Origin: Octopus sinensis
Taxonomy: Eukaryota
Assembly: GCF_006345805.1 (NCBI RefSeq)
Contig: NC_043008.1
Location: 56,606,001-56,670,000, forward strand
DNA: 64,000 nucleotides
Direction: 5' to 3'
Position 1 is the stretch's first letter. Each line of letters begins with the position of its first letter. Shown one piece after another: positions 39,071-51,611 of the stretch. A program made the translations under genes and the position numbers. A model generated the notes under the pieces. The model was not told where the DNA came from and made no database searches. It saw nothing but the letters and a program-made list of their open reading frames with translations.

Positions 39071-40722
39071 TCTGTTTATTTGACGCGCAATATATTTCTA
39101 ATAAGGTCGGTTTGTGAAATATTTTGTCCATTTCAAATGCCAGGAGCTTTATTCATTTTATTTGTTCTTCATATATCACTTACCATATGTAATAACACTT
39201 TTAAGGAAAACTATATATTGTTTAGTTCGTGTGGTATATTAGTGATAAGTCTCCAAAATATGACTCAATAATAATTTGAATTTAGATTTATTAGATGAAA
39301 TGAAATGGATATTGAATTTGTATTTGATGTATAGGAAAAAATATAGATAATAAAAAGAAACTACACAATTGATTGGTGTGTGAAAACTGTCCTGCAATTC
39401 AATTAGCAGCTTACTGAAGCCAATATATAAATCTGCCTGGAAGATATAATCCACCAACAGTCTCTTGCTGAAATATAGTATTGTGTGAACAGCCTAGCTT
39501 TCTGTTCAGCCAATGAGTAAATATACGAATCTTCCACAAAATCAATCAATATTAAACTAATGTTTATCGAGTTTCGTAGACGTGGATTTTGTGGAAAATA
39601 AGAAATAGAATATATCACGTCGTAAGATTCGAAATATTGGTTTTTCTGAAGGCGAATATTCGCTAGATGTTTGTAGGTTATTGATATAAATATACTTTCA
39701 GATAACGTCCTATTTCTTTATCTAGTGTTCATAGAGTTTGTTGTAAAAAATCCGCCTCTTAAATAACTTAGACAATATCGAAAGCAATAGCTTTTCTTCT
39801 AAGATATAGATAAATATTATCTATACAAAATTAATTGCTATTTGGTTTATCCGAATCCAGGTAAATTTCTATATTTATTTGTATGAATATTTTTCCAAAA
39901 ATATGTAAACAAAAGTACTTAAAAAAAATTAAGAAACAAATAAGTATAAAAAAATGTGTTTATTGAGAAGCTTTTTGTTATTCATACAACATAGCAAAGA
40001 TAATTTTTTTTTCGTCTCCGGGTAGTTCTTTTCGTGCATAGAACACTTCTGCATAAAATAAATCCTCCATAAACAAACAAAATGGTGAAAATTGAATGAG
40101 ACGGATCCAGTATGATCCTCCATGAATTATATTTTGTATATCCTTAAAGCCAGTCGTAATATCATTCATAAGTAATATACAACTATATAACACAAATATA
40201 GTTTTTTCTGAAAATTATTATCAATGCTTTTACCAAAAGAGATCTACCAACAACTGGTTTTACACATTTTACTTAATGTAATCTCAAAAAAAATATATAT
40301 ATACACATTTTCATTTCAAATTTGAGTCAAAACGAAAAAAAATGAAAAAAAAATTAAAGTACATTCGTTGGCACCAAGAGAATTCATAAACACCACAGCT
40401 TAAAATATAGTAGAGCGATTGTAATCTAGCTTTTCTGAATGAAAAAAAAAATGTTTTTTTTTAAAAATGCACTTTTCACTGAAGCGACATAATGAGAGGA
40501 GAGGAAACAACATTTGTTTAAAATTTAATTTGAAAATTATTTATAAGGAGTAGTTCAGGCGATTTTCAGGATCCTCGATTCTGAAGAAAGAAAGGGAGGA
40601 AAACGATCTCAAACAGCCGATATTGTTGAAATGCTGGCAACAGAGCAAACTTAAGAACCAAGTGATAGTGTTCAACCTGGCAACGGGCTATGTCTATCAA
40701 ATACCGCCCAAGTATAGGTATA

Positions 40723-40918
40723 TGTTTCTTAGGACAGACAAACTGATTAAGTCGATTATATCGACCCCCATTGCGTAAGTGGTAATTAATTTATCGACCC
40801 CGAAAGGATGAAAGGCAAAGTCGACCTCGGCGGAATTTGAACTCAGAACGTAACGGCAGACGAAATACCGCTAAGCATTTCGCCCGGCGCGCTAACGTTT
40901 CTGCCAGCTCGCCGCCTT
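40723..40918 (-). mobile_element. SINE family A with a 13-bp TSD (1 mismatch)
   Basis: AAGTATAGGTATA at 40710-40722 and AAGTAGAGGTATA at 40919-40931. Confidence 0.9.
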
Positions 40919-41519
40919 AAGTAGAGGTATAGTCCATCGACCGGCCTCCACACAGTTTCTGTCTTGCCAACACAAGTTTATAGTATTCGTTCGTATATTG
41001 TAATGACAACAATAATTTATAAAAATTAAAATAAAATCATTTTGAACACTGATACATTCAGCATTCCGCCTGTCCCTTTGAAAATCTGGTGTACTCGCAC
41101 GTACCAGATTATTTCACTGACTAGTTTCAGTCAGTAGACTGCAGTCATTCTGGAGCGCAAGCGTTAAGCATTTTCAGTCAATCGTTTCAACGCAGAAACT
41201 TATTCAAGTCTCATAATCATTTTATCGATTGCTATTTATCGAAACGCTTATTTAATTCTCTTTATACAAAGGGACGTAGCATGTGTAAGCACAAGTCGAA
41301 TATCCCGCAAAGAAACAATGACATTAAAGAAAAATAAACACACAGACACACAGAGTCAAATAGACAAACTCACACTTTCACAGATATACAAATATATGTG
41401 TATAGACATATACATGCTAATGTTGAGAGTCTTAGATATATATGGCCCTGTATCGTATAGCAGAAAAAGCATTAACTGATATAAAACCCGATATACATTG
41501 TAGAGTAGATATATATATA

Positions 41520-41731
41520 CAGGGTGTCCCAAAAATATGTATGCATACTTTAACTGTTTTTGCACTTCAACTGCATTTTCACACTTCCAGTATCATTTTA
41601 GAATGAATTTTCTTTGTTCAAAGCTTAATCTGACTGCCATCATTAAATCCTATAGGTTTCATCTGGAAAGAAAAAATATCAAATGAGTTATAAGCTGCTA
41701 AAGTGTGTATACATTTTTTTGGGACACCCTG
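41520..41731. mobile_element. Tc1/mariner-type MITE, 212 bp
   Basis: About 33-bp TIRs (CAGGGTGTCCCAAAAA..TGTAT.CA.ACTTTA) with TA on both flanks and no coding capacity. Confidence 0.9.
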
Positions 41732-41837
41732 TATATATTTGCCGATATCATCTGAGATGACTAGCGGGTTGCACAGCCAAACTAAGTAACTACTATACTG
41801 CATGATAATGTATATGGATATATATATATATGTATGG

Positions 41838-41871
<34 letters not shown>

Positions 41872-42057
41872 TATATATATATACATAATATATATATATA
41901 TATATATACATAAATATATATATATACATACATATATATATATATACATACATATATGTGTGTGTGCGTGCATGCGTGTGTGTATGTGTGTGCGTGCTTG
42001 GGCGTGTGTGTGTACATAGATACATTATTTATATAATGTATGTATATATATATATAT

Positions 42058-42100
<43 letters not shown>

Positions 42101-42193
42101 AGATTATCAGCAATTTCGAATTTTGCGCGATCTCCGTCCTTTTCAGACGAAGCAGAAAGAAGATTGCTGAAACTACGAATTATATGTATATAC

Positions 42194-42264
<71 letters not shown>

Positions 42265-42432
42265 TATATATATATTGAATGCTTTCTCGAGTGATGTTTC
42301 TAGTATATAGATCCACATATGCTGACAGTAACAATAAACTGACCAAACAAAACAGAGTATTATTAATCTTTCCAATAGAGTTGTGTACTTTTTTCCGCCA
42401 GTACACACTAAACTTGTACATACACACACACG

Positions 42433-42468
<36 letters not shown>

Positions 42469-42483
42469 ATTCATATAATATAT

Positions 42484-42609
42484 AGTGTATATTTAAACAC
42501 ATAAGAGGTGTCCATCATAGGACTCCCTTAAGCTAGAAGGAACAGCTAAAGTCCTTCTAGCGTAAGAGAATCCTATGATGGACGCCTCTTATGTGTTTAA
42601 TTGTACACT
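42484..42609. repeat. 126-bp inverted repeat
   Basis: About 58-bp arms with roughly 6 mismatches and loop ACAGCTAAAG at 42542-42551. Confidence 0.9.
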
Positions 42610-42776
42610 GCATTTTATACGAATAATATATAGTCCATTGACTAACTTTTCTATACGGTAGGCCATTGGTAGTAAATCTTTTAAAATCTTTATTATCCTG
42701 ATATTATATATATAGATACATACATATATACATATATATATATATGTGAATTTATATATATATATATATATATATA

Positions 42777-42841
<65 letters not shown>

Positions 42842-42977
42842 GTGCATGTGTGTGCCTATGTACGTGTTTATATACACGAATATATGCATAAGTAAGTATC
42901 ACTTTGAGTTTGGCAATATTTTGGTAACATTTTCCCTTTATTTGTGAAGTTACAACAAAAGCAGTCTAGTACTCAAA

Positions 42978-43558
42978 TTAGGGGCCGTATTTTTCTACCG
43001 TCTTAAGCCACCTTTCTGAAAGTTCTTTGATTCTATGCTCATACCAGTTCTTGTACTTTGAGGTAAAGGACTCCTTCACTGAAGCGTCTATCCACTCTTG
43101 GTTGATGATACGTCGTGGGCGCAGGAATTGAATCACGGAACGGAAGAAGTAATCCGAGGGATCTATATGCTGTGTGCGGCATCGGTTCGATCCTCTCAAG
43201 TTTCAGATGTTAATTCTAGGTCGTTCGAATGGTATGAGGTCTTGTGTTGGCTTGCTACAGAAAAGCTCACCTTTTAATAACCATTTCTGGGTATTTTTGT
43301 CGCATAATTGTATACATCATCCGATACTCTCCAAGTGCAAATCCTCGGATTTGTTGCTTTGGCTTGGAGCACGTCCTTGGAATCCACGTTCATAAATATT
43401 CCTGACCTTGCCTGATCACTGAGTTACTTGCAACTCGATTGAAATTTCTTGAACCATCTGGTTTCTGTATTGTAGCCAGCTGTGACTTCCCCTTTCGCAC
43501 AGCAAAAGTTTTTTGTTGCTTCTGTGGCGGTATGGCCTAATTCGAACTCGAAAAGCAT
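42978..43558 (-). pseudogene. Decayed mariner (Mos1-like) transposase remnant
   Basis: The N-terminal part reads MLFEFELGHTATEATKNFCCAKG...RWFKKFQS. The C-terminal ORF (PSDYFFRS...FTSKYKNWYEHRIKELSERWLKTVE) matches the mariner C-terminal pattern. Confidence 0.85.
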
Positions 43559-44064
43559 AGGGAACCGAATTAGACTGCGTTGCACGTACATCTATGTGGC
43601 TTTCAAATCACAGATGGGGTGAAGCAATGCAGAGTATACCAATGCACCAATTACCACGATACTACCAACTTAAGCGGACACCTTTCGCGGCTTGTGCTGC
43701 TACGGTTACGTGATATACATGCCGCAAAGTAGCGCGTTCTCAAATACTGTAAAACGTTTGACTTTCCTTAATATTTATCACTGGCAACTGTGCGTATGTA
43801 ATGGTGGTTAGACATGTATGGATCTATTTGTATGTAAGTAAAAAAAAATATGCATTTGAAGAAGAGATGGCACCAAAACTAAATTATGTTTGTATTAGCA
43901 AAATATTACATGCAGAATCACGTAGCTGGGTATATAAAATGCTGTAGGTTTCAGTAGTTTGAACTGTTCTTGGCCAATATCTAATTTAGGAGGTGTTGGA
44001 AAGCTAGAAGGAATATTTGTGTCGCAGGTGAATATCATACATGTTTTCCAATAACGGGTGTATA

Positions 44065-44299
44065 CCTATTTCTTTACTATCCACAAGGGGCTAAACACAG
44101 AGAGGACAAACATGGACAGACAAACGGATTAAGTCGATTAGATCGACCCCAGTCCGTAACTGATACTTATGCAATCTACCCCGAAAGAAGGAAAGGCAAA
44201 GTCAGCCTCGGCGGAATTTGAACTCAGAACGTAAAGACAGACGAAATACTGCTAAGCATTTCGCCCGTCGCGCTAAAGTTTCTGCCAGCTCGCCGCCTT
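44065..44299 (-). mobile_element. SINE family A with a perfect 11-bp TSD
   Basis: ACGGGTGTATA at 44054-44064 and 44300-44310. Confidence 0.92.
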
Positions 44300-44785
44300 A
44301 CGGGTGTATAGCTTTATATTTGGTAGTGTTAGTTGACTGTTTATAGATACTGTAGTTGGGGGATGGTTGTTATAACTCAGAAATTTCGTGGGTGGAAAAT
44401 AATGGCACAAGAAAATGAATAGCTATTTAGTAAATGGGTTTTATATTATCTATCATTTTCCGAAATAAATACATATATATTTTTATAGCTATAGTTAATA
44501 ATAATTTAATTTATAATAGTAAGGAGATTGTTAATGTTAATTTTGGTACTGCTGTTGTTGTTGTTGTTGCTGTTGGTGGTGGTGTTTGTGGTGGTGGTTG
44601 TGGTGGAGGTCATTATGATGATAATGGTGATGGTTATGGTGATGATGAAACATGATGTTCCAACCATGTTTACAAGGATGCCAAACCGCCCACTCATATT
44701 TAATTCATCAAAATAACATTATTTATGCGTTTAGTTTTAAATTTTAGCTTATATAAACACACACACACAAACATATACATACATT

Positions 44786-44840
<55 letters not shown>

Positions 44841-45029
44841 TCGGTCCTATCATTTGTTTCTCTTTCTGCAATGTTAATGCAATAATCATTCATGCAAGAA
44901 AAAATTACTCATGCCATTTTCAAGCAAATTTAATCAAAACCTCTTTATTTCTGTCGTTGATTTTGCAAAACTTCAGTTGATAATACAACAGCTTGCCGAA
45001 ATTAACACTTTCCTTTCAGTTAGATCATT

Positions 45030-45184
45030 GCAGTGCTCAACTAGTATTTATTTTATTGACATCGAAAAGATGAAAGGTAAAGTCGACCACGGCGGAATTT
45101 GAACTCAGAATGTATAGACGGACGAAATAACGCTAAGTATTTTTTTTTCCGGCGTGCTATCGATACTGCTAACTCGCCGCCTTA
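45030..45184 (-). mobile_element. SINE family A copy (further degenerate copies at about 32455-32660, 45481-45640, 53685-53845, 63690-63735)
   Basis: GATGAAAGGTAAAGTCGACCACGGCGGAATTTGAACTCAG...CTCGCCGCC. Confidence 0.8.
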
Positions 45185-45210
45185 AATAAGCCTTTGTATT
45201 ATCGACCCTG

Positions 45211-45460
45211 TGGAGGCGCGTGGCTTAGTGGTCAGCATCATGATCGTAAGATTGTGGTTTCGATTCCTGGACCGGGTGACGCGTTGTGTTCTTGAGCAAA
45301 ACACTTGACTTCACGTTGCTCCAGTCCACTCAGTTGGCAAAAATGAGTAACGCTGCGATGGACTGGCATCCCGTCCACCTGGGGAACACATACGCCATAG
45401 AAACCGGGAAACCGGGCCCATGAGCCTGGCTAGGCTTTAAAAGGGCGCATTTATTTTATT
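45211..45460 (+). mobile_element. tRNA-head + CORE-like + tail Y SINE with a 13-bp TSD
   Basis: TATTATCGACCCT at 45197-45209 and TATTATCGGCCCT at 45468-45480. Confidence 0.88.
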
Positions 45461-46247
45461 GAATTCTTATTATCGGCCCTAGGGCCTGAAAGTTTGGGTC
45501 GGGAAGCTAGTCGATTACATCAGCAGCAGTACTTAACATTATCGACCCCGAAAGGATGGAATGTAAACTCGACCTCCGCTTAATTTGAACATACAACGTA
45601 AAGAGCCGGAAGAAACACCGCTAAGCATTATATCCGACGTATTGACGGTACTATCGGCTCTCAACCTTTCAACAGACAAAAATAATGCAAATTGCAATGG
45701 CAGAGAGTTTCAAGGAAATCACTCTTCTAGCATATTCAATAACTCGAGTCCACCTGTTGCAATCTATATATGAACTGCAGACTGCCAATTAGCATGATTA
45801 ATTTATTTAAACAGCAGTTAACGTAATCCGTGTGATTAGTCGATATCCTGTTTATACGATTATTAAAAATGATAATGAAAAACGCCTGGCTGTACTCGAT
45901 TTTAGCTTTATGTATTCGCTGATTTTTAATAATAGTGTCTTCTGTCGCAGGTTAACAACGAGTCGTTCAATGGTTTATAGCGAACCAAGGGAGGATTTCG
46001 AACAAAGTGCATTTCATCCAAACAGCACGGGATTTTCGACTTTTGTATTGTTCAGCGATATACAGTGAAGTTATAATAAAAACACCCGTACACACACACA
46101 CATAAATTATATACAGAACCCGTAAACAGGTCTAACTCGCCGATGCCTCTTTGAGAATATTACCCACAAAAGGTTTTCAGCCAATAAGCTCATGAAGCAT
46201 AAATATCTGTCATCAGCTGCCTATATATATGTATATATTATTTTTAA

Positions 46248-46915
46248 TTACTTCAGTCATTTGAACGTAGCCACGCTGGAGCACCACCTTAAAGTGTTTT
46301 AGTCGAAGAAATCGACCCCAGGACTTATTCTTTGTAAGCCTAGTACTTATGTTATCGGACTCTTTGCCGAAATGCCAAGTTACAAGGACATGAAAACCCC
46401 AGTATCTGTTCTCAAGCGATAGCGGGTGGGGGGGACAAACGGAGACACAGACACACACACACACAAGTACAAACAAACATACATACATAAATACACATGA
46501 CGTGTTGCTTTCGGTTTCCGTCAATCAATTCCACTCACAAGGCTTTGGTTGGCCCGAGGCCACAGTAGAAGACACTTGACCAAAGTGCCACGCAGTGGGA
46601 CTGAACCCGCAATCATGAGGTTGGGAAGCAATCTTTTTACTACGCAGCCATGCCTTTGTTTCAGTGGACTGCGCCCATGGTGGAGCACCGTCTTGAAGAG
46701 TGCTTAATTTCTTGTTTAGTCTAGTACTTATTTTATTAGTTTCGTTTGTCGAACCGCTATATTACAAGGACTTTTACGGTTTCCGTCAACGAAATCCACC
46801 CACAAAGCATTGGCATGTGTAGAAGAGACTCACCACAGGTGCCACGCAGTGGAACTGAACCCGGAACTATGTGGTTGAGAAGCAAGCTTCTTACTACACA
46901 GCCACACCCGCGCCT
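46248..46915 (-). mobile_element. Two adjacent family B SINEs
   Basis: Family B motifs at about 46248-46632 and 46655-46915. Confidence 0.78.
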
Positions 46916-47634
46916 ATATCCACATAGCCATATCTGTTCCTACACGCATAAAACCACACCTGCTTCTATGTAGATATGTACACATATGTGTGTATGTGTA
47001 TGTGTAAGAGTATGTGCCTGCGCTCGCGAGTGTGTGTAGACATACATACGCGCATACACTCACACACACTAAAATACATTATGAGCATTTTTAACAGTTC
47101 TTGTCACACGAATCACATTCACTTAAAATGTACTTGCAAAGCTAAGATGCAGGTCACTGGCCTAGGTTCCGTGTTTTTATAACGAACTTAGAAATACATG
47201 GCTGCCAAGAAAATTTTTTAACATAACGAAAGCTGTTCATGTATTTATTTGTGAAAGCTAAGTATCTCAATAACACCCATTTCTCTTCAGAAAGTTACAT
47301 AATTAACTACATAGAAATTATATATTTAGAAGTCAGGATATACTTGAATTTGTTTTTCATTTCGTTTATTCATATTAAGAAACAATAGGATTTAATTAAC
47401 TAGCAAGCACCTTTAAACAATGATTGTTGCAATTTTAGTACAGACTTTGTTTTACCGTTATCCATTGTTATTACGTTGCTGGACGCTAGCAAGGTAAAAT
47501 ACGTAGTTAAGAAATTTACCTCGCAATCATTAAGTCACAAGTTCCATCGCTCTGTATGGTATGTAAGTAAGAAGCGTTACTGCTAACACGATGGACAAGA
47601 AAAAATTTATATTTAAAAATTTTCCTCATTTCAG

Positions 47635-47840
47635 TTATTGGGTGACAGCCACCCTAGGGTACCACCTTCAAGAGTTTAGCGCGACAAATCGAATCTAGTA
47701 GATAATGTAGAGTATGGTACTTATTCTATCAATCACTTTTGCTGAACCGTCATGTTTCGGGTACGTATACAGACCAAAACCGTTTTTCAAGTAGAGGATA
47801 TGAACACAGAGAAACACACGCATACATGTATATATATACA

Positions 47841-47911
<71 letters not shown>

Positions 47912-48095
47912 GGTTTGTGTGTGTGTTTATAAGACGGTTTTTACACAGTTTCCGTCGACAAAATTCACGTTTCAGGTATTGGTCAGCTCGGGTTATCGTA
48001 GAAGACATTTGTGTCCAAAGTTCAACGCAGTGGAATTGAACCCGAAACCACGCGACTGCGATGCGAGCTTGTGTAGCAAATGGCCATGTCTGCTC
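47635..48095 (-). mobile_element. Degenerate family B SINE with an expanded internal (TA)n
   Basis: Both halves are recognisable around the (TA)n at about 47830-47908. Confidence 0.65.
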
Positions 48096-49199
48096 GTATG
48101 TTTTAAATACTTTACGAATTCAGTTGCGAAACTCTTTTGAATGGACGCTGAATAATGAGGTTTTAACATACAATGACACCTGTAATAGAGTAAATAACCT
48201 AAGTATTACTGGGTTTCATGAATATTTAGCTGTAAAGAATATATTTCATTTACGATGAAAGTATTTTAAAAAGTGATACTTTAACAATTAAATGTATTAA
48301 ACCAACGAAATTTGTTTGCTTCTAAATAAGCCACGTCAATATAAGTTTTAAAAGTCTTGCTAGTGGTAACTTTGTCTTGGCACACTATAGGTTTTGCCAA
48401 ACAGTTAGAATCCGGTAGGCCGTTCGAGATTTCACAAGAATTATAGAGCCTGGTGTACTGTTTCTTGCTGATGTTTATTTTGTTCAATCCTAGATGTCTC
48501 GAACTTTTGGAGATATTATATGGAAAATTTTGATAGTATACATTTTGTTTTTTTTTATTATCATCTAATAGATTGTATTTATGATGTAAAGATTTCTAAG
48601 AAGTTGAATTACGTGTCGAAAATTATATAGCAACCGTATTGTACAGGAGTGAATATAATTATTAACACCGTTTATTTAAAATCACTACTATCAACCACTC
48701 AAAAACTTCCCATGTTATGAATGCAAACCACTTTAAGTTCAGATATTATCTGGTTTGTATTCATTCAGACATTGACAGAAAAGCAATGAAAGCTTCATAC
48801 ATTTGGTTGTTAAAAGAGAATTCAATGACTTTTTATCTTAAGTAGAATATACGTTCCAGAGTTAAACTATATGTTGAATCATTGCTCGAAGGAGACCTAT
48901 ACATTTCTAGTTAAAATTCCATTTCACAACTGCGATACAGAAGTTTCCCGACAGAATTCATAGAATATTTAAGATACACAAATCTTCCACTACATACTCT
49001 TCTCACCCCGAAGCAGTAATCTATATCTATATTTGTGTATATTGGTCTGTGTGTGTGAGTGTTTCTCTTCATTAATATCTTTGTAATTCCATTCATTCAG
49101 ATTCCATAAACTATATTACAGACTTTCGTATAACATATATTCTGAAGTTCAATTAGTCACTATTCACCTTTCATTGATTCTAACGCACTTTACATTCGC

Positions 49200-49845
49200 A
49201 TGCAGTATCCTGTGGTAAGAAGTTTGATTACTGTCCACATGATTCCGGGTTGAGTTTCATTCCGAAGCATCTTGAGCATGTTGTGTCTCCTATACCTGTG
49301 GCTATGGGAGAAAGCAAGTGTTGAGCGAATTTGGTTGTCGGAAACTGAAAGAAGTTTATGGTATATCTATATCTATACCTATGCTTGTGTATGTATACAG
49401 GGTTGGCCAAAAAGTCACTCGGAAGTAAATAAAAATTGTGTAGAAACTTAATATTAAATTTTATTTATTCATTCCAGTTATGAATGTTTAATAATTGAAT
49501 GCTGTACGTCAAAATCACCATTTTTGTCCACATTTGTCTATTTATTAACGAAGTTTCATACAAAATAATTTTTTGCTTTAATCATGGAATTAAATGGTTT
49601 TGATTTACTGTCAGGTGAATTTTGGCCAACTCTGTATATATGTGTATGGGGGTGTCTTTGTGTATGGATTTGTCTACCACCTTTGTTGGACCTTAGATAT
49701 TCGTTGAGTCTGTAGGAATGATTACGACATTTACAAAATTATGTACTGGAGTCTATTAACGAATTGACTCTACAAATGAAAACCTTCTGGGGGTTGTCCT
49801 ACCATAGCCACAACTCCAATGACTGAAACAAGTAAAAGATAGAAG
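49200..49845 (+). mobile_element. Old family B SINE interrupted by a MITE
   Basis: The 5' half ends GGAAACTGAAAGAAG at about 49355. The 3' tail AATGACTGAAACAAGTAAAAG is at about 49818-49840. Confidence 0.65.
49398..49634. mobile_element. Tc1/mariner-type MITE, 237 bp, nested in a SINE
   Basis: TIRs CAGGGTTGGCCAAAAAGTCAC versus the reverse complement CAGAGTTGGCCAAAAATTCAC, with TA on both flanks. Confidence 0.88.
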
Positions 49846-50009
49846 ACAATGAACAAGTCGATTTTATCTAACTTACGGAATGATGATTTTCTTTTTTACG
49901 GTGGCTGCTTCCGTTTTCACCAATGGATTTAATGATACAAGTGATCTAGGTGGTGAAAAAGTCTACAGGAAAACTAATTTGGGGCAACGGATTTATATAC
50001 ATATATATA

Positions 50010-50052
<43 letters not shown>

Positions 50053-50056
<4 letters not shown>

Positions 50057-50305
50057 GAGATTTCACAAAAAAAAAGCAAAAGACGAAGGCAGGTGGTGTA
50101 GGCAACAAACAGATGTATTAGTTTAACACTCGGTAAGTGAAAAAGTCTAACGTTTCGAGCCTACGCTCTTCCACAGAAAGAAACGAGGAGAGAAAATATA
50201 GAATGTGTAGTGGCTATCGATCTATCATGGCGTATGCCGAACAGAGGGACCATACAGGAGTGGTAGGAAGAAGGGGAGATAATTAAGTAGTGGTTATTCC
50301 ACATG
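50053..50305 (-). mobile_element. Hammerhead-bearing repeat (family F) followed by (TA)n
   Basis: The reverse strand of 50146-50179 reads TTT-CTGTGGA-A-GAGC-GTAG-GCTC-GAAA-CG-TT-AGA. A homologous fragment lacking the ribozyme lies at about 10337-10390. Confidence 0.6.
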
Positions 50306-50336
50306 TACATATATATGTATGCATATATATATATAT

Positions 50337-50370
<34 letters not shown>

Positions 50371-50422
50371 ATATATATATAATATACAAATATAATATAT
50401 ATATATATATATAATATATAAT

Positions 50423-50473
<51 letters not shown>

Positions 50474-50474
<1 letters not shown>

Positions 50475-50592
50475 TAAATGTAATATGTGACAATTTTTCT
50501 GTAGACATGATAAAACTCCGAGTTTCGGATGCCGAGGGGGAAACTCAGAGTTTTATCATGGCTACCGAATAATTGTCACATATTACATTTAC
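50474..50592. repeat. 119-bp near-perfect inverted repeat
   Basis: 53-bp arms (50474-50526 and 50540-50592) with 4 mismatches and a 13-nt loop. Confidence 0.92.
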
Positions 50593-50643
50593 AAATAAAT
50601 TTCTCTATTTACATAATATCGATGTCTCTTTCATTCTTTTGTC

Positions 50644-50681
<38 letters not shown>

Positions 50682-50790
50682 TATTTATTTATGTATGTAT
50701 GTATGTATGTATGTATGTATGTATGTATGTATGTATGTATATGTATGTATGTCTATATATATACACACATACATATACATAAACAAATAA

Positions 50791-50861
<71 letters not shown>

Positions 50862-50867
50862 TATAAG

Positions 50868-51200
50868 TGGAGACGCAGTGGCCCAGTGGTTAAGGCAGCT
50901 ATTTGCGGTCATAGATTCGCGATATTGATTCCCAGACCGGACGTTGTCAGTGTTTATTGCGCGAAAGCACCAAAATCTCCACGAAGCTCTAACAGGGCTG
51001 GTGGCGAATCCTGCTGTACCCTTTCACCACAACTTTTTCATACTATCTCTTCCTGTTTCTGCTGTACCTGTATTTCAAAGGGTCCTTCTTGTCACACTGA
51101 ATTTCCCCGAGAACTACGTTAAGGGTACACGTGTCTGTGGAGTGCTCAGCCACTTGCACGTTAATTTCACGAGCAGGCTGTTCCATTGATCGGGTCAACT
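50868..51200 (+). mobile_element. tRNA-head + middle Z + tail W SINE
   Basis: Matches 31462 up to CTCTTCCTGTTTCT and then diverges completely. The right boundary is approximate. Confidence 0.72.
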
Positions 51201-51323
51201 GGAACCCTCGTTGTATATATGTATGTTTATATTATGTAGGTAGGTATCTATCTATGTATCTGTGTATGTATGTATGTATGTATGTATGTATGTATGTATG
51301 TATGTATGTATGTATCTATTTAT

Positions 51324-51384
<61 letters not shown>

Positions 51385-51500
51385 CATCTATCATCTATCT
51401 ACCAGTCTATCTATCTACGTTTTAAAGTGATGTATTTGCAGTAACAGAACCTATGAAATATTTTTCCTTGACAGATAATCCCTCATCACTAAATTTGCGT

Positions 51501-51611
<111 letters not shown>

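Noticed and set aside
39405-39530. Minus-strand frame IFTHWLNRKL...GGLYL resembling a calponin-homology helix, with a GTAAGC donor
   Set aside because: The acceptor is weak, the spacing and the LLE.L motif do not fit, and similarity is limited to a few residues.
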